A stretch of 64,000 nucleotides of DNA, from NCBI GenBank assembly GCA_010093705.1, contig MU006098.1:820666-884665 (forward strand), in the 5' to 3' direction. Positions 58,823 through 64,000 of the stretch are shown piece after piece (the stretch's first letter is position 1; every line of letters begins with the position of its first letter). The position numbers were made by a program, and so were the translations under genes. Origin of the DNA: Patellaria atrata CBS 101060 (Eukaryota). The notes under the pieces are model-generated. The model saw nothing but the letters and a program-made list of their open reading frames with translations, was not told the DNA's origin and did no database searches.

Positions 58823-59332
58823 ATGAACCTCCTAACAGACACCGCAACCCAATCCAACTCCTCCACCTCTCCCTCAAAACCCTCTTCTCTACCCCCAGAA
58901 GCCCTCGACCTAGCCGCCAAACTCTTCAACGCCGCCCGCACCGGCTCCACCCCACTCCTCTCCCAGTACCTCACCGCCGGCATCCCGCCGAACCTTACAA
59001 ACCACGCCGGCGACACGCTCCTCATGCTCGCCGCCTACCACGGGCACGTCGACACGGTCTACCTTCTACTCCAGAAAGGCGCTGATCCAAACGTGTTGAA
59101 TGACCGGGGCCAGAGCCCGATTGCGGGCGCGGTGTTCAAGGGCTATGATGAGGTAGTAGGGCGGCTGTGGAAGGGTGGGGCGGACGTGTGGAGGGGCCAG
59201 CCGAATGCGGTTGAGGCGGCTGTCATGTTCAAGAAGGAGGAGTACTTGAGGTTATTTGGGATTAGGGAGGAGGATTTGGGGAAAGGGGAGCAGCAGGTAG
59301 GAGGAGATGGTGAGGGGGGACAGGAGATATAA
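58823..59332 (+). CDS. Small ankyrin-repeat protein
   Basis: LFNAARTG; NHAGDTLLMLAAYHGHVDTVYLLLQKGADPNVLNDRGQSPIAGAVFKG. Confidence 0.92.
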   Translation: MNLLTDTATQSNSSTSPSKPSSLPPEALDLAAKLFNAARTGSTPLLSQYLTAGIPPNLTNHAGDTLLMLAAYHGHVDTVYLLLQKGADPNVLNDRGQSPIAGAVFKGYDEVVGRLWKGGADVWRGQPNAVEAAVMFKKEEYLRLFGIREEDLGKGEQQVGGDGEGGQEI

Positions 59333-60036
59333 GCAGAGCAGAGGGAAGGATGAGATTTTTCCAGGGATGTCATTCACGATTGATGTCTAGGAAAAGGTCG
59401 GACGTTACTCTACTGGCATATAGGTGGGATTTATAGTGAACACCCTAGTCTTGTACTATACCTAATTACCGGAAGGATTAGGATATGGTCGAAATCAAAG
59501 TCCCGATAGAGGGAGTTCAACGACAACAGCAAGAGCCACAGCTTGACATAATATATTAGCAAAATTGCCTAACTACGCTGAGATGAGCTAGACGCTAAAA
59601 CTTCAAACTCTACAGTATTTGAAAGCACTCCCCGACGGTCAATACTGTTTCTCAAGAATAACTGCACGTATAGAAAGATAATAAGGTACTAGGGCACGCG
59701 AAGTTGGTTCTGTATAGTGAGAGATGGTATTTAGCAGATAGCGGACAGAGGAATGGGCATTTCATCAGATAGTTAGGTTCATAGAGTTAAAAGTATGATT
59801 CACTAGGTCCTAAATAAGGAATTGCGAGACGTGTATATATGGGCGAGTTGATTCTTTATTTTTGATGGCCATATGCAGGAGTAAAGGTAGATATTACAAG
59901 AACAGCTGGAAGACCAACCTGATCCAGCGAGTCTCGAGCCCAGTAACTTTCAAGGAAACTATATCATCTTCAACAGATTCGGATGAATCAACTAGACAAT
60001 CTGAGTGTGTTCTGCCATAAAATGTGGTGCTGGCGG

Positions 60037-61516
60037 CTACGATCCCAAGCTAGGGAAAGCATTAGTGTCCTGGACGTTGACGGCAGCAGAAGAACCGCCT
60101 CTGCCTCCTCGACCACGATACTCGCCACGATGTTCACCACGATGCTCGCCGCGATCGCCACGATCGCCACGGCCGCGTCCACCGCGTCCACGTCCACCCT
60201 CGCCGCCACGGAACTCTCCACGTCCCCGGCCTCCTCGTCCGCGACCGCGACCACCGCGACCTCCAACGTCGGGTTCGCCAATGACTTGAGCGCCGTCGAG
60301 CTCGAGAACGTTCTTTTGCTTACGCTCGCGTTCGCGCTTAGCCTTACCACCGGAGCCGGCAATAAAATCAGTATTATCATCGCGAGAGAAAGCCTTGCCC
60401 TCGGGGAACTTCTTGGAGGAGCCTTCGTTAGCTTTACGAGTCTCGACCGATCCGAGATTCAGCCTCTTCTCGGCGAGCTCAGCCATGTAGTCATCATAAG
60501 ACTTCGTCTTGTCCTCTTCGGGCTCTTGGGGAGCTTCACCAGACTTCTCACCCTCGCCACCAGCATCAGGAGCCCATTCGGCGGCAGGAGCACCGGCGTC
60601 GGGAGCCCATTCACCAGAAGCGGGGGCACCGAAAGCATCAGCAGCAGCTTCCTTTTCGTCTTCTTTGGCGATGGCTTCTCCGGCCTTCTCATCAGCCCAT
60701 TCATCACCTCCAGTTTGGCCTCCCCAGCCATGTGCAGCTTGCTTCTCATGTTCACTGTAGACTGATCAGTAAAGAAATTCAGCAGGATGGAGTGAAACAT
60801 GTCCGTGTTCAACTTACGCAACACCAGTTCGGCTGTGACGATCGAAACCGGCTCCGCCTCTACCACCCCTACCTCTACCTCCACGACCCCCGCGATCACC
60901 ACGACGGCCATACTCTCCACCCTCTATCAATGTGCATGTTAGATACCAATCTGTAGATTCTCGTGTAGAACTGACCTCTTAGCCGATCTGAGTGACGATC
61001 ATGACGGAGACCATCGTCTCTAGTGCGGTTGCTATCCCTACCAGCATTACGGTCGCGGAAAGCTAGCAAGACCGAGTGTTAGACACGTTTGAAATTCAGA
61101 TTATGGGATATAAGACAGGTGTTAGAATGAAGAAAGGACTTGAAACATACCTCCCTCGGAACCGGCGAAACCTCCACGGCCACGGCCGCCGCCACGACCA
61201 GAGTCTGCTGCAGGAGCTTCAGCACCGGCGTTGCGCTTGCCAATACGGGGTGTAGGCTTGTCAACGGCCTTCGTGGGAGGTTCAGGTTCTCTATTTGGGT
61301 CTAACTCAGGGTCGTTGCCTATTATATCGTAGTGAGCAAAAATTGCTATCATTCTGAGCGGTGTGGATGTGTACCCAAAAGGTCGAAGAGGTTCTACAAA
61401 CAAAGAAGTAAGTCAGTCAATCTTCATCTCTAAGGAATAGTAAAAGCTTCCAGATACAATTGATTGAGACAGTTGATGCAATAGCTCTTACGTACCTTGG
61501 ATGCGATGCTGGTCAT
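60037..61516 (-). CDS. STM1: Stm1/SERBP1-family ribosome-associated RGG protein
   Basis: MTSIASK|NLFDLLG|NDPE..AFRDR..RGG tract..FDRHSRTG..AHGWG..KSYDDY..RKANEG..AFPSLG. Introns 61394-61495, 61319-61374, 61063-61150, 60924-60975, 60755-60817. Confidence 0.9.
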
Positions 61517-62386
61517 CGTGAAAGAGATTCAGCGCCTTTCGCGCTCCTCCTTCTATTTGCGCAATCCGCGTTTAAGTTGTTGATGAATGCGAGAGGTGAT
61601 CCTATTTGGTTTGGATCACACTCTCGATGACTCTACGATGGATTGTCGTGAGCGTTCAAGTTCGAGGACAATCGTTGGGTGAGTTTGGGGTGATGTTGTC
61701 CTCTTTAGAGCTTGGACAAACGCTCAAATTCGGCGGTTGACGTCGATTATTTTGTGCTTTTCAATTCGCTTAAATAGCGGTCCGATCACTAGTTCTATGG
61801 ACAAATTTCCAAGTTAACAACACCTTGAATTCTCATTGCGGAGAACATTAAAATTAATTTAACAAGTTAAAAGCTTCTGCTGTCGTATTTACATCGTCAT
61901 CCACCATTTCAATTTGTTCAAAAAAAAAAATATAAAAAAAATCTGAATTATCCGAATCATATTGACATGATGAAGTTGGCAAAATATGTACAGTTACAAA
62001 AAAGCCACCTGCAAGCCAGCCAAGTTCACTTCATAAATAGTGACCATGGCCCATGGGACGGGGTGACGTGAACCATCAAAACTCCAAACCCTCGGTTGAT
62101 GCTTTATTGCAAGTGGATGTGTATGAGGTGAGATGAGCAGACAAACAATGTCAATAATAACTATAATACTGCCTCTTCGAATCGAAACCCGCTCAATGCA
62201 CCTTATGCTTTTTCATCAACCGAAATTATTATGAACACCCCCTCTCGCCAATAAATGCCATAAGGTACCCAATAAAATGATTTGATATCTCAATTGTACC
62301 TCTCCAGTGCCCGCTAAAAGTACACAATTCGTCAAAAGTAGGTTGAATAGAAAAACACGCAGTTGGGATTTAAGAACTGTGTCCTT

Positions 62387-63925
62387 TTATCTATTTTCGT
62401 ACGAAAACTGCGTCGGAAAATGCATGCTTGCCGATAACCCGAATGGATCTGCGTCTAGCATGGGATCGTAAGGGTCGAAAAGCTGATTTATAGCCCCGAA
62501 CGGGCCGGTGCTCCCGTCTTGCGTTGGGGGGATAGCAGGCGATTGCTGCTGCTGCTGCTGCTGCTGTTGTTGTTGTTGTTGTTGTTGTTGTTGTCGGTGG
62601 TGATAATGAGGTTGACCCGGTGGGGCCATCGGTGGATGCATGCCTTGCGAAGACATGTGCGGGGGGAACGCTTGCGGGAAGGGACCGGGCCCTGCGGAGG
62701 ACGGTTCGGCGGATTCGGATTCGTCGAGCATGTCGACTTGCGCATCGTACTCCTGTTCTGTACTCACGGAATCAATCTAGGACCTAACAAAGCTCTATGC
62801 CTAAGCAGGGGGAGGAGGGGGCGGGTCAGCTTGCCGAGTTGATCTATATGATTCTGGAAGGGTGACGGGTAGTAGGTCGAAGGACCACCGCTGATACTAC
62901 TGGTCATGCCACTTCCTGCTCCACTAGCTACAGTCGAAGCGCTAGCACTCGAATTCGTGTGTTGGGTAAGAAGGGATGGGCGTTGAGGGGCTGCATGTAT
63001 CGGGTTATATCTAGGCTGCTGCGGACGCAACTGTTGATGGTGCTGAGTCAAAGGACCGGTGTTTGGCGATTGTAGCCCACCTTGAGGAACAAAGTTTGGA
63101 GACTTCGTTGCTGTAGTGGAAGGCGACGATAAGTGAGATGCAGGCGTAGGCTGTGAATGCGGAGATCGCGCTGGGAGTAAGATATCGGTTTGAACATTAG
63201 GCAAACCATGAATACCTTCTGGTTTAGGCTGCATGCCGCCAGATGATAGTCGTGCTTGATGTCGGTTCATCATGGCACGTTGAATAGGTTGCTGAGCCGG
63301 AGATGCCGTCACTGCTGGGGGCATACGAGTGGGTCCTAGATTGGGACTTCCAGTCTTTGCGCGAAGCTCAGCCTGGACATCAATTCCTGCGAAGAGTATC
63401 AGAAGAGAGGTCGACAAAGGGTATGGTCATTACAGATAATAAGACAATTGCTAACCCTTCTCAAGTAAGATTCTCTCCAACAGTGAATTCTTATATCTCA
63501 GCATCAAGCACTCATCAGCGGCACTACGATGGCTTGCCTGAAGGTTCTGCAAATTCTCCTCATGGCGTTTGATCGTACTCTCCAATTGCTTGATATACTC
63601 GGTTCGCCTCTCTCTGAAAGCTGCTTGAGCTTGCCTATTACGCTGTTTGCGCTCTTCAGAAGTAGCATATATCTGCGAACGTTTGGTCAGATTCTTGCGC
63701 GACATTATGGATCGAGCAAAAAGAAGGATGACGGGGTTTGATTGAGTCAAAAGAATTGCTCACAGGTTTACGTCCGCCCTTTCGCTTCTGGGTTTGCGGG
63801 TTTTCCTGTGGGAAAGATTCGGCATCAGGCTCAGGACTGGAGGCGATAGAGCTGGTCGAGCCATTACCAGTATCCTCCATCTTTCCCACGGAGGTCATTT
63901 CAACATTATTATTGTTATCTCCCAT
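62387..63925 (-). CDS. bZIP transcription factor with C-terminal polyQ
   Basis: KRKGGRKP|IYATSEERKQRNRQAQAAFRERRTEYIKQLE (basic region plus zipper)..ECLMLRYKNSLLERILLEKG|IDVQAEL. Introns 63673-63763, 63387-63455 and a GC-AG intron at 62758-62834. Confidence 0.9.
62544..62593 (-). repeat. CAA/CAG trinucleotide repeat encoding polyQ (~16 Q)
   Basis: (CAA)n(CAG)n in the last bZIP exon. Confidence 0.9.
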
Positions 63926-64000
63926 TGCTGCAGGTACCCCTCTGTGCCCCTCTATCAGAGGACACAGAAAGTTCGCCAAGGTAGGACACGATAGTCGATA

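Overview
Eukaryotic genomic DNA from a filamentous ascomycete (Pezizomycotina), inferred from short GT-AG introns with CTRAC branch sites and fungal-type proteins. About 17 conserved, mostly intron-containing genes can be modelled by eye: a mitochondrial membrane protein, PDX1, a PL1 pectate lyase, a DUF676-like hydrolase, a DUF1295 protein, TOP3, STB3, an MFS transporter, a TM/charged-helix protein, galactonate dehydratase, a metallophosphoesterase, a J-domain protein, a Msg5/Pmp1-like MAPK phosphatase, RPL4, TAF11, an ankyrin protein, STM1 and a bZIP factor. The first ~20 kb looks accessory. It holds decayed ORFs (1-7 kb), a 1.3-kb inverted-repeat element whose arms differ only by transitions and which sits between two divergent genes, a disrupted F-box/UPF1-like-helicase chimera, and three orphan ORFs. 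Other notable signals are a GC-AG intron that decides whether the bZIP gets its polyQ tail, a 201-nt in-frame exitron candidate, a tripled SP..EF module in the phosphatase, a 10-aa SPY repeat ORF, and a ~0.9-kb ATG-free leader with a single uORF. There is one assembly gap (46455-46924). No tRNA, rRNA or CRISPR was found. No complete novel multi-gene system could be demonstrated. All family assignments come from motif recognition, not database searches.
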